DNA of 64,000 nt. Source: Parasitella parasitica NRRL 2501. Taxonomy: Eukaryota > Fungi > Mucoromycota. The stretch covers positions 1-64,000 of the forward strand of contig MU619256.1 in NCBI GenBank assembly GCA_025201805.1. Direction: 5' to 3'. Below are positions 39,964 through 54,155 of this stretch, in pieces (the first letter of the stretch is position 1; each line of letters starts with the position of its first letter). The notes under the pieces are model-generated. The model did not search any database, was not told the origin of the DNA, and saw nothing but the letters and a program-made list of their open reading frames with translations. A program made the position numbers and the translations under genes.

Positions 39964-41414
39964 ATGAGTGATTTCGATATCGCAAGTGCACAAAATGGAC
40001 CATCTTTCCTAGAGTCATTAAAAAGACGTAAACAAAGACGCATTAATATTCAAGACATCTTCATTAACTAATCATGTGGATTGTATAGGCAAAGCTCTAG
40101 GCTTGGATGAATCAGACCAAGAAGACGAAATCATCCTCAAAAAGACAAAAGCAAGATCCAAGAAGCAAAAGAAGAAATCGCCCAAACTGAAGTCTAATAG
40201 TCAACAAGACAGCAAAGCAAATAATACAGCATCCAGTATGCCTTCCTTATCAACGCCGCCATCACCGTCATTAGAAGCATCCACAAACAACGTAAATCCA
40301 TATTTACCAACAGACAATGATTTAGATATGACAACCTTTATTCCACCAAAAATCACACCCAATGTCTCTCAAAATACAAAAAAAAGCACTCGATCTACCA
40401 TAGATGACGGCGTAATGTAAATTGGTTACATTTCCAACAGTGCAATAAACAAAGGCAACTAACAAATTTATAGTGACTTATCAGACGGAGACGATGGTGA
40501 TCTTGCAGCTGATCTAGTTATAGAAGATCTGGATCCTGATCTTGCTGCACTATCTTATTCGCATGTTAGATTGTTAGCTCAACCTAAAAAAATTGTTGTT
40601 AAACTGCAATATATTCACAATTTCAATTTCGAAAATCTCTCAAATTCCTCTAAAGAAACAATGCAGTTCTTGGAAAAACCTGTTAAATTTAAAGTGATGG
40701 ATGTAAGTATGTTTGTGCATTGTGTTGCAGTAACCCACTAGCTAATGCTTTCGTTTAAAAGAATACCGAGTTTCGCATTCTTTTATCAAACTTCTGTACC
40801 AACAAACAGTACCTTCGGATGCAAGATATGTATCTGACATTCAATGGCGATATTGTATTCCTGAGTGGAACTCCTGCAAGCGTTGATATGAGTCCAATTG
40901 GTACCAACAAAATGGGTATGTTGAATGTATATTCCTACGCAATAAACAAACAAATCTAATTTAACTATATGCAGAGGTTTATGTGAAGAAATGTTATGAT
41001 AATATGTTAGCTGAGAGGGAAGAACAAAGGCAAAAGGAGAGAATGAAACATCTGCAGACAGCAGAGAACGAAGATGAGGATGATTTTATTTTAAATACAG
41101 CCGAATCCCCATCGCCTGGTACTGATGCTGTGGCCGAAGAAAAACGGATTCGACTCAACTTGAGAACTGGCAATAGCAAAGTGGTTCCTTTCCGTGCCAA
41201 GCACGTAAGTTTAGTGTAAGCTTAAATGGCCCATTTACTAAACGCTTTTCCTCAGACGACTAAATTGAGAGAATTGATGGAAGCATTCAAACAGAAAGCA
41301 GAGGTTTCTGGAGACGTGCAGCTATCATTTGAAGGAGAGACGTTGGATCTTGACCAAGCAATAGAAGATACTGACTTGGAGGATCAAGATATTGTAGAGG
41401 TTATCACCAAATAA
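39964..41414 (+). CDS. Esc2/Rad60/NIP45 (RENi family) SUMO-like-domain protein, multi-exon
   Basis: Charged, low-complexity N-terminus; first ubiquitin-like domain (KPVKFKV..EFRILLSNFC..LTFNGDIVFLSGTPASVDM); C-terminal SLD2 IRLNLR..FRAKH|TTKLRELMEAF..LSFEGETLD..EDTDLEDQDIVEV. Confidence 0.8.
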
Positions 41415-41601
41415 TTCATGTTACATCTATTTTTCCAATAAAGCCATTAAATACAAAGAATTTTGTTTTGCTTTTCTGGAAGCCTACAGAAAAAATGTTG
41501 TTTATTGTTATTGCGCCAACATTTCTTGCCTCAAAAATTCATATAAATACCATCATAATTGCGGTAGTGTCCATTTTCTTGGATTATACAGCATAAACAT
41601 C

Positions 41602-43852
41602 ATGGTTAATCTCACTACATTTATGGTAATGGCAACCGCCATGCTTTTGGGTGTTGATGCTCTTGATAAAACCACAGCATATGAAATCAGACAAGAGCTT
41701 ATCAAGGCAAAAATCATCCCTGATGCCATTGAAGAATTTGAGCCGTTAACAAAGCTAAAAATCACATATGACGAACATAATGATTTGGAAAACGGTGAGC
41801 ATTTGAAGCCTGAAGAAACCCTAGTTGCTCCTTCAATCTGGTTTGATCCGCCTAAAAAAGAGGCTGAATACACATTAGCCATGGTAAAAATAGGCAATCA
41901 AGCTTCAAAAAGTATATACGTACTCACAGTAAACTTAGGTTAATTTGGATTCAAATGGTCCTATGATCCGTCACTGGATAGCCACCAATGTCAAAGGGGG
42001 CGATGAAAAAGGTACCGCTTTTTTGAGTCAATTGCCTAATCGCCAATACACGTCCTACAAAGGCCCTACTCCTCCTTCTGGATCCGTTAATCACCGTGTT
42101 GCCTTTATCCTGTTTCAACAGGAGGCTCTCAATCAAACTTTTGTTCCTGAGATTGATGGTAGCACCACAAGAGACCGTGCATTTTTCAACCTCACTCAAT
42201 TTGCGCAAGAAAACAAACTTAAGCCTGTCTCTGCAGCCTACTTTTACACTGAATACCAAGAAGGATTCTCTCAGCAGTACCCTCCCGTGGACGATGATAT
42301 CTCTGAAGAGATTCACGAAGCAGGCCTCGTCCATGATATATTGGATGATGTTGGAAATATTCTTGATCTTGATGGCATCCTTGGTATAACTATCGGTATT
42401 GGTAATAATGGTGATGACGATGACAATGACGATGATAATGATAATGACAATGATGACAATAAAAAAGGCAACAACAAAGCGAAAACTGGCGAGGATGAAA
42501 ATGATGGCAAGACACCAATCCAAGTCAAGCCATCTAAACCGTCAGCATCTATTGACCCTGACATTAAACCAAAGCCAACTACCAAGCCCAAGAAGGGCGG
42601 TTTGCTTCATGGTATTCTTGATGACGTTCAAGATCTTTTACATGACATTTTGGGTAATGATGATGAAGATGATGACGATGACGATGATGACGATAAAACA
42701 CCATCCAAGAAGCCAAAGCATGGCGGTGGTGATGATGACGATGACGGTGATGTCGACAGTGATGGTATCAACATTGACTTGAGTGTATTGCGTGTTGCCT
42801 CTGCCTCCGCCTCTGCCTCCGCCTCTGCCTCTGCCTCATCTTTTAGACCTAGTGCTGACATCAAACAAGCGGGTTTGCTCGGTGATCTACTTGATGATCT
42901 TGATGATATTCTTGACATTGATCTCAACATTGGCCATCGTATTGACGACGATAACGATAGAGAACCTCCTAGAAGAAGACCTGAGAATGGTCGTAATGAT
43001 AATGACGATGAAGATGATGACAGTATCAACATTAATTTGGATCTATTGCGTGTTGCCTCAGCCTCAGCCTCTGCTTTGGCTGCTAAACCTAGCTCTGATC
43101 TAAAACAAGCTGGTCTCCTTGATGGTTTACTTGATGATCTTGGTAATATTCTTGATATTGATATTAATATCGGTGATGACAATGATGACGATGATACCGA
43201 TAAGGGAACTTTCAGAAAAACACCAAAGGACAGAAAAGACAGCGGCGATGATGATGGTATCAATATTGATTTAAATTTAGCGCGAGCTGCCTCTGCTTCG
43301 GTCTCTTCTGCTGCCGAACCCAGTGGTGACCTCGAATCTCCCGGCCTATTAAGTAATCTACTTGGCGACCATAACCTTGGTGATGATATTGTTGTTGTTA
43401 AAGTTGAATCCGATTTAAACAGACCTTACCCACCGCTTCTTGCTGCACATGTTTCTTCATCTGCTGCTACCGCTGTTACTAAACCCAGCGCTGAATTGAA
43501 ACAGGCAGGAATTCTTGGTAATTTGGTGAATAGCATTGATTATTTGCTCGGTAGACACCATGACACTGAAGGTGATATCGTTGCCGGTGATCTTGTTATT
43601 GAAGAAAATGGAAGCTCTGTTCAAGAGGCTCATGCCTCTCCTTCGCCCTTCATTGAGATTATAGATCTCACAAATGATTTACTCGCTGAATTACGGAACG
43701 GAGAATATGATGTGCAAATTGATGCTGAAAACCATAGTTTGATTGAAAATGACGCTGCTTTGCAGTCTCTCGTTGATGGTGCTCGATACGTCTCTGTTGC
43801 TTCTGTTGAGTATGAAGACGTGAATCAGTCGGCAATTTCTGCTTCTATTTAA
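41602..43852 (+). CDS. secreted PEBP (phosphatidylethanolamine-binding) domain protein with long Asp-rich repeat tail
   Basis: Signal peptide; IIPDAI..FEP..L.ITY, NG..LKPEET..AP, YTLAMV, RHW, YKGPTPPSGSVNHR.AF.LFQQ, RAFFNLTQFAQENKL. Intron 41884-41938. Confidence 0.85.
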
Positions 43853-44289
43853 TCTGTGTATCAATGTCAAGCGTGTTACTAATACTCGTACTGAACAAAC
43901 TAATTCTAATTCCTTATCCTCAACTCAATAAAACATTATCCATATTGAAACGAATCAAGCTGTGTCTCGAAATTAAGCAATACTGCCACTGAAAATTACA
44001 TCCGTATCCCACATATTTGCATATGACTTTTGTTTTTTTTTTTTTTTGAGAAAAGGTAAACATGTATGCACACATTGGGAATGTTTTTTTCCAAATAAAT
44101 CAATTGAATAACATTCAAGGACTCTAAATGTTTAATCTTGCATTAAGGCGCTAGTGATGCACTGTGTATAGTAAATCAAATATATTAATTATTATGTAAG
44201 TTTGTAATTGAGGTTTGGCTGCGGATTTTGAGACCCACAAGAGATGTTAGGGACTACAAGAACAAAGACGGGGTATAAAGTTTCATTGG

Positions 44290-45259
44290 CTATTCGTAAA
44301 CGTTGATCTCAATCTATAAAGCTATTGTTAAATATAATTCATTGAAACATTGGTCCGACTTACAAATAGAAAAGCTGATTTTACAGGATTTGATATGGAT
44401 AGCGTTTGTGGATAATAAATTGTGGTGTTTTCGGATTCAATAAATGCTAATAATCGTTTCACAACCTAGCGAAAAAGTAGAAAATTAGTAAACAAATACT
44501 AAAAAAAAAGTGTCTTAACAATTTACTCTTTGGTAATGTGTGGAAAATAGAATAGGCCATAGGTAAATTGTAAGCGTTTCGATGATGTTTTCAAGAACAA
44601 TCCTCCAAGATAGTCTATCAGCGTACTCCATTATGTTGTTGATTTCGTTTATCGTGTGAAGAAATTGTTCGGCTGAAATCTATGTCTACTTGTTAAATAT
44701 AGAAAATCAACACCTGCTTTAGTTACACTTTACTTTTCCTTCCAATTCAGCTGGATAGTCTGTACTGAACCGAGTGATTCCATCTCCCAAAGAATAGTCT
44801 CGCTCAACTCTAATTGATTTGACTGGTACTTGGCTTTTTATAGAGATTATTTCATGTGATTTTAGCATGGCATCCTTATTAATACAGTGTTGTGCTTCTT
44901 TCGTATTTGTAGAATCTATGAAAGAAAAGGATAAAAAAGAAAAAGGTAAATAAAAATAGGAGAAAAATAAAGTACATTTTATAAATAAAAAGCCCTGTTT
45001 CTTTTTTGGCTTAATCTTTTGTAAATTGCGTCATGGTAAAAACCATTTTGCTTATAAAATAGGTACCTGCTATGATTGTGCTTGATACATGAGTAGAAGC
45101 AACTTCTGCTACATCATCAGTACTTGCAGAACTATTATTGTCAAACATTGCCGTAGTATCAACTTGTTTAAAGGATTGTCGTTCGGATATTATGGATGGT
45201 GGATCCCGGCTTTTTTGATGAGCTGGGATTGGTAATGATGGCTCACCAGATCTAAGCAT
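44290..45259 (-). CDS. ERF4: ERF4/golgin subfamily A7 (Ras palmitoyltransferase accessory subunit), multi-exon
   Basis: Manually spliced: IRVERDYSLGDGITRFSTDYPAELEGK|ISAEQFLHTINEINNIM..VLENIIETLTIYLWP..THYQR|VVKRLLAFIESEN..SISNPVKSAFLF|IEINVYE*. The start could alternatively be 45148. Confidence 0.85.
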
Positions 45260-46978
45260 GATTTATCACAGGAAAAGAAGAAAGAATGAAAAAAGCAAAG
45301 TATACGTATGCGAGAGAAGAGAGAGGAGGTTCTGAATTCTTTCAAAGAACCCACATTATCATGGCTTTCAGGGGCCGCCTTTTTCACATTAAGAAACGTG
45401 TCAGCATAAAAACATTCATCAAAGCTCCTACAGCCAGGTGAATCTGTCTGATATTCATTTTAGATTCAAAGTTTGCACAAATAAGCTAGATATTCCTTAA
45501 ATTCAGTGTATGCAAGCAATGGAATGCATATACCTTTAGTGCTCAGGTTCTAGTCTACTTATTCTTAAATTATACAGACATACGAAACAAACAGAAGGCT
45601 ATTATATTTGTGTATATGGCTACGATATAATACAAAAAAATAATGAAGCAGGAAACTTTGAAGTATTTGCACGAGATCAATGCCAGAACTATGAAACTTA
45701 CGTATTATGTGTTCCTGTAATATACGACATACATCCAGATAAACGTATTGCAGTATGCATGTACCAGCACAAGAAACTTTAGTTAGTGTTATAGTATTAT
45801 ATGAGAATTAGCTTGCAAACTCATTTATACTGATATATTTCACGATTTGTTCGCCTACAAATGCGTTTTTAGTATATCATTGTATTTTTTATCAAAAATT
45901 GTATAGAAGTTCGTCTAAAAGATGGAATGTTATGACGGATTATGTCACACCAGGTTCATTTGCTTTGTTTTTAACCTTACGCTTAAAAAAGTTTTGATTT
46001 TCAGTTATATTAAGACTTGAAAGCTATATTAGTTTTTGCACAATTACAAAAAAAAAAATGGTCAAATATAATATGAGATACATCGAGTATTGAATGCGCT
46101 AACTACACTAAATCATCTGTTTTAGTATTCGCAAGCTAAACGCAAATAACTTGAACATTTTAATGTATTGAAGAATATCTGCAAAGTATAATGGTACAGC
46201 GTCATTTTAATTATTCACATGCGCATAATGAGATCTTTTTCGATAATATCAAATGATATTTGTCTGTAATTTGTAATGAATGAACACTTTTAATACTTTT
46301 TGGTGCGTCATTTAAGTATGCACAAACAATAGAAATGTTCAATTAGAACATGAGAGCTACCATAAAAACTAATTATGCACTGCTCTGAAGATTCAACAGC
46401 AAGTAATTTAATCTTGTCTAGTTTCAGTCCTGCGGTACCATACCTTTTTTATTGTTGATCTAATCATTCGTTACAAACTAAATATAATCTGAATCGTTTG
46501 CCTTCTTTTCACACTCGGGTATATGCGCAGTATTATATCAGTGTCCAAACCATTTTCGTGTCCATCTTTTTATACTTCTCGTAAATAGGATAGGCACCCA
46601 GTACAATTCCCTAATGCCTCACAGTACGCTTATCAGTGCTTTTGAATGTTATTGGACGTTGAACGTTCAATGTAAGTAACTTTCTCATGCTACCCAGGCT
46701 TTATCCTTGAGCTTGCGACATTTCGAACATCTGATCGCTTTGACCTGATTATCACAACGTCTTTAGTTTTTATAGACTTACAAGAATGAATTTACTTATT
46801 ACACCTTGAATATTTTTTTGTTTTAACTTATTTTTTTTTAATTTTTTATTTAACAAAGCAAATAATTTTTGTTGATTACATAATTTTCAGCTATTTACAT
46901 TATCACTGAGAGTAATTTACCTGACTTTATCAACTTCGAGTCCTGCTTTAGATTGATAAAGTCAAGTTTTTTGACTTT

Positions 46979-48311
46979 TTACTTCAAATTCTTTTGAATG
47001 GCTTTCATTAAATCACCTTCTTCTGAATCTTGACTGAGCTCCCAGACCATAACACCAGAGATGCCCCTCTTCATAGCAGATCGAACTTTGGCACCAATAG
47101 AATGGGGATCATCATAAGAAATAAAGGCCTTTGTTTTAGGATTAAAGAGCCAAGGCGTAGCGGATTTTTTATCCCAGGTTCTGACCCAAGGTTTGGCAGC
47201 AGTCAAAGGGGTAGTAAGAACACCATCAGTTAGCAATTTGCGGAACTTCCAGTTACCGCTCACACCGGTGGGCGCCTTGTCACAATTAGGATTTGGCCAT
47301 GGAGCATCATCAGAGTCACCTTTGGGAGGTGTACCTTGCACTTGCTTTTGGAAAAGAGAGCCGGTCTTAGTCATGTCAACGGTAGCAGTTGTTGATCTAC
47401 CATAGAATCCTAAACCACCAGTCAACTTGCTAGCAGGAACGCCTTGAGAAATCCAAAAATCAATGCCAGAGTTGAAACTCATTCCGTTTTTGGGAGCCTT
47501 TAAAGGAGCATTAGGGCCAGTAAGAGGGTTCCATGCACCGTTGATATCGTAAGCCATAATGTTTACACGATCAAGTTCCTTTCCAATGGCAGCAGTGAGT
47601 TCCTTTGAGCCGCCTGATTCGGCTGAGAACCCTTGAACATAACCTGCAATTGTGAGTTCCTTGTGTGTCTTGAATGATTTGTCAAAGGCTGTGCGCATTT
47701 CTTTAAGAAGAACAAGGAAATTCTTGACATCATTATCTTTATCGAAATTATTACATCCTTCACCCTCACGTCCTGGATATTCCCAGTCAATATCAACACC
47801 ATCAGTCTTGAATGTTTTAATCTGCTCAATATTCCAATCAATGAATGCCTTTCTTGTAGCGGGAGTCTTAGCCATATCACTGATAAAATATGGTCAGTAT
47901 TACTTGAACTTTATGCCATTGTGTATAACATATGCTTACCTAAAGGTCTGACTTCCAGTCCAGCCACCAACGGAAATAAGAACCTTGGTATTGGCTTTGT
48001 GAGCAGCATCAACTAATTTGGGCAATTGAACAGGAGGAACAGCAGGGTCAGTCCATGTAGGAATATTTCCATTCTTTTTAATCATAACAGCAAAGGCATA
48101 GTGGATATGAGTGTAAGACTTGAAGTCAATTTTCGACACATCATACTTGTCATACAGCCCTAAAGCAGCAATGTTAGAAATATGACGTTGGATGATCCAA
48201 ATGTTACTTACAATTTGGAAAATAGCCAATAACAGTGCTGTTTTTGGCCATTGTGGTTGTAATCATTAGAGCCAACATAAGAGTTGAGGCGAATAGCTTG
48301 TTTAGAATCAT
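46979..48311 (-). CDS. secreted GH18 chitinase
   Basis: Signal peptide MILNKLFASTLMLALM; VIGYFPN, YTHIHYAFA, KVLISVGGW; catalytic DGVDIDWEYP; MAYD; SYDD; GVMVWELSQD. Confidence 0.95.
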
Positions 48312-49052
48312 ATTTCTTTTGTTTTCTTTGATAGTTTTTAATGAAAAGGAGGTATCCGTAAATGCAGATTGTATTTATACATTTTCAAGGATGAGCGTGT
48401 CCATTATTTGACATTAATGTTGCCAGTTACTGAACTAATTGGCTTTTAATTCTATCAGTTGATTGCCCAGCAACTCTTTGTTTTCACATGTGAGCCCAAC
48501 TCATTATAGCAAATGTTGCCATTATAAGTTATATAACCATATAATAAACTCGGGTAAATAATAGGCAGTTTAAAAAACAGCAATTTGCTGTATGGATTTT
48601 CGATTTAGCGACCATTTAACTCAAGGTAACAAAGAGCCGAATTTCAGGAACCATTGTCATGGCAATCGAACCCCATATGCAAGAGATATCATGCCTGTAA
48701 ATTATGAAGCCCGATCCGAACAGTTGCCTTAAAACGCGAGTCGGAATACGTCTCCAAAATCATTTGTAATGTGGCGGCTGAGAAAAGCAGCGGAAGGTCA
48801 ACATTTCACATACAAGGAAACAATCTCCAGATGTGTAGTGCTCCTTCTCTATTAATTATTGTCTAAAAGGTGAGCTTTCATACCGCATCAATCCATCCAT
48901 TCTGCAACATAAACATCAAGTTGGTTTAATCAATTACAAATGGATGATTGCATATTATGCAAATTGGGATATTGGAAAGCAAAAAAAGATGGATGGATAA
49001 TTTATTATTTTGTGTCAAATGCTTATTGCCCTATTGTCTAGAATCGCTTACT

Positions 49053-49567
<515 letters not shown>

Positions 49568-49665
49568 ACTATTCGCTTATGTTTATTACGCTATTTCATT
49601 CTATCGGTTTATAATTTGACGCAATAAAGTTATGATAGTGTGGGTTTATTAAAGCACGTTTTGTT

Positions 49666-49783
49666 TTGAGTTCATTGATTCCGGTGCAGTCGATCGATCA
49701 AGCTCATTGAATTCCATAGAATATCACGTGGATTTCTCAAGCGTACACCATTTCGTGGTGCGCTTTTGTTGTTACTCACAATG
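49666..49783 (+). ncRNA. candidate box H/ACA snoRNA
   Basis: Hairpin (GAGTTCATTGA/TCATTGAATTC), then H box ATAGAA (49716-21), then hairpin (AAGCG..CACCA-TTTCG-TGGTG-CGCTT) with an internal pocket, then ACA (49778-80); about 120 nt. Confidence 0.35.
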
Positions 49784-49979
49784 TGTCTCGCTTATTAAGT
49801 GATATCACATGGAATGTACAACAAGTAATCATAAATGACAAAGAAACAAATGTGTCGCAGCCAAACAATATACGGCATTTGATGAACTAAGCACAGCTTA
49901 CTGGCGTGTGCCAAAATGGATTGTGTTTTTATGTTTATACGCCAATATATTTTTACGATATCACTTGGATTTATCAAAT

Positions 49980-52900
49980 CTAATGAACAGTGCCAAAACT
50001 TCGAATGCTACCAGCGGTTGGTGATTGTGGGCTTCTTTTGGCCCCTCTTTTTTGTGTCTTCATGCGATTCACAAATGCGTTACCACCAGCTGCCTGTTCT
50101 CTGCACAATGGACAAGCCATATTATGTGTGGATTTCAATAACGCCGATTGATTGACTTTGCTGGTTAAGCTTCCCGGGTTGTTATCTTGTTGAAGTTGCT
50201 CAGTTGAGCCTTGATTGTTCAAGCATTGTTGATGATAAGCATGTCGACAAAAGAAAATGATTGAATTGGGTATATCTTCGACATTAATTTCATCAAAAAC
50301 AGGTTCGTCACATATATTACAGACCATATTCTCGGCTAGAAAATAACATGATGAGTGTTGATGCATAACAGGTTGAATTTCAAACTTACGATTGCAGTTG
50401 ATACCACGTTTTTGAGCCTTGTACATTTTGTCTGCTAGAAACACACTATCAGTTACCAAAATTTTTTCGCAACCTTCGTGTAATGACATTTGGAGGTTAT
50501 AATCTTGCAAAATCTTCAGTAAAGCGTCTTTTAAGCCAGGGATTTGCAGTTGATCCGGGATCCGTTTGATTAATCTCAATGGCTCAATATCAGTACCAAC
50601 ATTTTCTAAAAGTCCACGAATAAAGTCTTAGAGGAAAAATGAAAAGAAGAGTTAGTCAATATATAGCACACGTCTACAATTTCAGCTTACTGGGCTTGTC
50701 CATTGAATATGTTAACAGATCCTCCCAAAGATCATCATCTTTTTGCTCTTTGGCAAAATCAATGGCCTAATACCAGAAAAAAAAAACAATAAGCAAAGTT
50801 TCTTTTGTAGTTGCAGGTTGTCGTTTTACCCTTTGCACATCGTCAAGTCTTTCGATAATCAACATTAATGCTTTTTTGTTATTGCCCATACGACCAAGAA
50901 TAAAGACCATCTCAGGCACCAGATCCTTTTTCTCGCAGACCTTGAACGCCTTTTCCAGCGATATGTAATGACTTGCTCGCAGGAATTCCAGCAGTTTCGG
51001 ATAATCAAATTCTGCATACAATTCAACCTGAAGATCATGGAATTCATAACCAAGTTGGTGATCACGATCAAAAAGCGCATCCAAGTAGATATGTAGAAAT
51101 TGGCGATGTCGCCAGAGCTGCTTTACTACTTTTTCGGGCTATATAAAATCGCAAGGTTAGTGCTTTGGCTTGTCTGCTTGTTTGCTTATTAACAGAAAAT
51201 AAAAATAAGAAAAAAAACTTACAGGAATGGCATCAGTATTCTTCACCAACAATTGAACAGCAGGCATCTTGCTAGGCTTGCTCTTGATCTCTTCTTTCTC
51301 AAGTAAATGCTGATCGAATTCCATGAGGAGCACAGCTTTGTCTTTGACTGCATCAAACATGTTGTATTCTTGAATAAGTTCAAACGCATTGGGTCTACGC
51401 AGACGAAGGTTGTATTCAATGGCCTTATCTGGTTGATTGTTGTAGGTATACCTAAGAGAAAAATGGTATTAGCGTCCTGCTGTGCGCCCTGAATGCATAT
51501 TAAACCCTTACAGATCAGCAAGGCACTCCAACAACACCTCGTTCTGTTTGTCTTTCTTCATTACATCCTCTACAGCGACAATGACGTTGGAGAGGTTATA
51601 CAATGTTCGGGGCCATTTACGAATTGTATTTCTCAATGCTGCATAGTCGCTCTTCAAGAACCAGGCCAGAGCAATTTCATATACCGTGCTGCTCAATTGG
51701 GGGTCTTTGATGGGTATATAGGGCGTAATGGCCTTCAGTTCTCCAACTTCTGTAAATTTGAATACCCAATCTTCCCAAAGCGATTGATCGTTTTTGAGGA
51801 TATCGTTACACTCCTTGGCTGCCTCGTCAAATCTTTTCTCGGCCATAAGCCAGTTGAGATAGGTTTGGCCAATTTCATCTGCATTGAATTTTTTGCTGGC
51901 AGTAGTTGCTCGTACAGCTTGCAATGCTTCACCAAATCTTTCATGCTCCAACAACCATTCAATATGATCATCTTGGTCTCGAGACCGCGCCGCAATCAAA
52001 TCTTTAGGCCCCATGACATAAAACATATCTTCTTCCATCAAGAAATCAAGCACATAATCATTAGCCTGATAATGCTCAAAGCCATGGAGTGCAAGAACAT
52101 CTGCAGATATCTCTTCGTTATCTCCATTGATGATATGAAGTTCAGGTTTGGAGGCGAGCCTTCTACGCTGAAATGTTGTGTTGTCAGCATCTTTTTCCTT
52201 GTCCTCTTCTTCTAAAAGATAGGATAAAAGCATCAATGTGTCATTGAATGGCGCGATGCCACTGATAATGTAATCTGTTTGGAACATGGCTGTAATTTCT
52301 ACGTAATGCGTCGGTTGTCCTTGTGTAGGGTTAACATTGGGCTTAACAACAGCCACCTTGACCGTGTCGGCCCAACCTATAAGCAATGTCGTATCGTTTT
52401 TCCAGCACATCCTACATTTGTAGAGGTCTGCTCTTGGGCTTCCTTCAGGCCGATCAATATAAGTAATACGAATATTTGTAGCTGTATCATAAATCTTAAC
52501 ACCTGTATCATTTGCCCAGGCAATGAAATTGTTTTTCCAGCGAATTGCGTATATGGGTCCTTCATTTGCATGAAGGACGATGTCTTTGTGCCCTAGCCAG
52601 CCTTTTTCGTTCATGATGAGTTGTTCTGCCATACCACCAGATACAAATTGTCGGGTTGACTTCCGAGCATAATCTGGATCCAAGGCAACTGCTTTAACAG
52701 GTCTCTTGTAATCAAATGACTGGATCTCGGGTGTGTAAAGCGCATAAATGAGAACCTTGCCTGCAAAGAGCCAAAGGAAGTCAGAATGTGAGCGCCGTTG
52801 GGGCATGAAAAACTACAAACCATCATCAGAAGCACTGGCTACAAATTCGTCCATTTTATCGATAGAGATATCATTTACAGTGGCAGAGTGCTTTCTAAAA

Positions 52901-53260
52901 CTCTTGATTACATTTCCTTCAAAATCAAGGATATGAACAGCGCCCCAGTGAGTGCCTAAAGCCTGTCCATTTAAATTGAGTACATGGTATACGGTAATTG
53001 TATTATCAAAAATTTACCACAAATCTATCAGATACACGAAGTGTAGACGCTGTATCCTTATCCAACAGCTCTTTAATACTAGCACCTACTCTGCGATATC
53101 TTAATTTAGGTTCGTCTAGGTTATCGTCATCATCGTCTGTTGTTTCTTCTTCTTCATCATCATCATCATATCCGTCTTGGTCGTATTCCTCTTGGTCTGA
53201 ATTATATTCTTTATCATCGTCTGATATTAAATGCTCTTCTTTTTTGGAACTAACAGACAT
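49980..53260 (-). CDS. VPS41: HOPS subunit Vps41, multi-exon
   Basis: Acidic N-terminus plus EPKLRYRR; WD region RPVKAVALDPDY, QFVSGG, SPRADLYKC; clathrin repeat VELYAEFDYPKLLEFLR; C-terminal RING (CNIC..FFCRHAYHQQC..CPLC). Confidence 0.95.
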
Positions 53261-53468
53261 TGTTAATCTCGTTTAGAAATGAAAGAACCACGAAAATCAA
53301 GGAGTCTACTATGAAACTTTACTTCTGCATTGCTCTGAAATGCTCACAATCTCTCTGTTCCTCTCTGTACGTCACAACGGACTGCCACCCATCGATGATT
53401 TGCAAAAAATTATTTTCCCAAATGAATGATTTACCATCTCTTTTGTTGCCTTAAAGAATTATTACAAA

Positions 53469-54155
53469 ATGGCTGGACGTCTCCCTTCTGCTGACGAGCT
53501 CGAGCAACTCGAAGATATTGGTAAATAGTACATTTGACTTTTTTTTTTCAACCGAGAGATCTTTTATTGACATTTTGCATGTCATGATAGAAAAGCAATG
53601 GGCTGTCAAGGTAAAGTTTTTTTTTGTATAACGTGTACATTTCAAACCGACCCAAGATATTAAATAAAACGTACGTTTAGGCTATGCATCATGCCGAGAC
53701 CTATTTCAAATTGATTTCTTCTATCGATCCTGCAAAGCTTCGTTTAACAAAGTAAGGAAGCAGCATCGTTATTTTTTTTACTAAATTAAAACGATAATGT
53801 CATTTTTAGAATTGATGATGAGATCCTTGAAGATTTTGAAGAGACTTTTCCTTATATCAATGTTGAGCACTTGGACGAAAACGATTTTAAATCCGCTGCC
53901 GCCAAGGAGAAATGGAGAAATTTTATGAACAAGTACGAAAAAAGAGTCAACGAATACAATTTTGGGTCCTTGATTCGTATTGATTGTAAAGAAGATTACA
54001 CTGAGAAGAACACTATGTTTGGTATCCGCATGCAGGTAACGGTGCTATGTTTATCCATTTGGGAATTACTAAATACAATTCAAAATTATTAGTTTTATGC
54101 CGTTGAAATTGCTAGAAACAAGAAAGGATTAAATGATTCATTGCGTAAAAAATAG
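53469..54155 (+). CDS. PBDC1: PBDC1/YPL225W-family (polysaccharide biosynthesis domain) protein, 5 exons
   Basis: DI|EKQWAVK|AMHHAETY..LRLTK|IDDEI..KEKWRNFMNKYE..YNFGSLIR..MQ|FYAVEIARNKKGLN. Includes a 20-nt micro-exon (53591-53610). Confidence 0.9.

Noticed and set aside
41951-43263. Long antisense and alternative-frame ORFs over the PEBP repeat region
   Set aside because: Shadows of GAT/GAC-rich low-complexity coding sequence.
45300-46900. Long AT-rich intergenic stretch
   Set aside because: No convincing ORF, repeat or RNA structure found by eye.
51493-52215. 240-aa plus-strand ORF
   Set aside because: Antisense shadow of VPS41 with no recognisable motifs.
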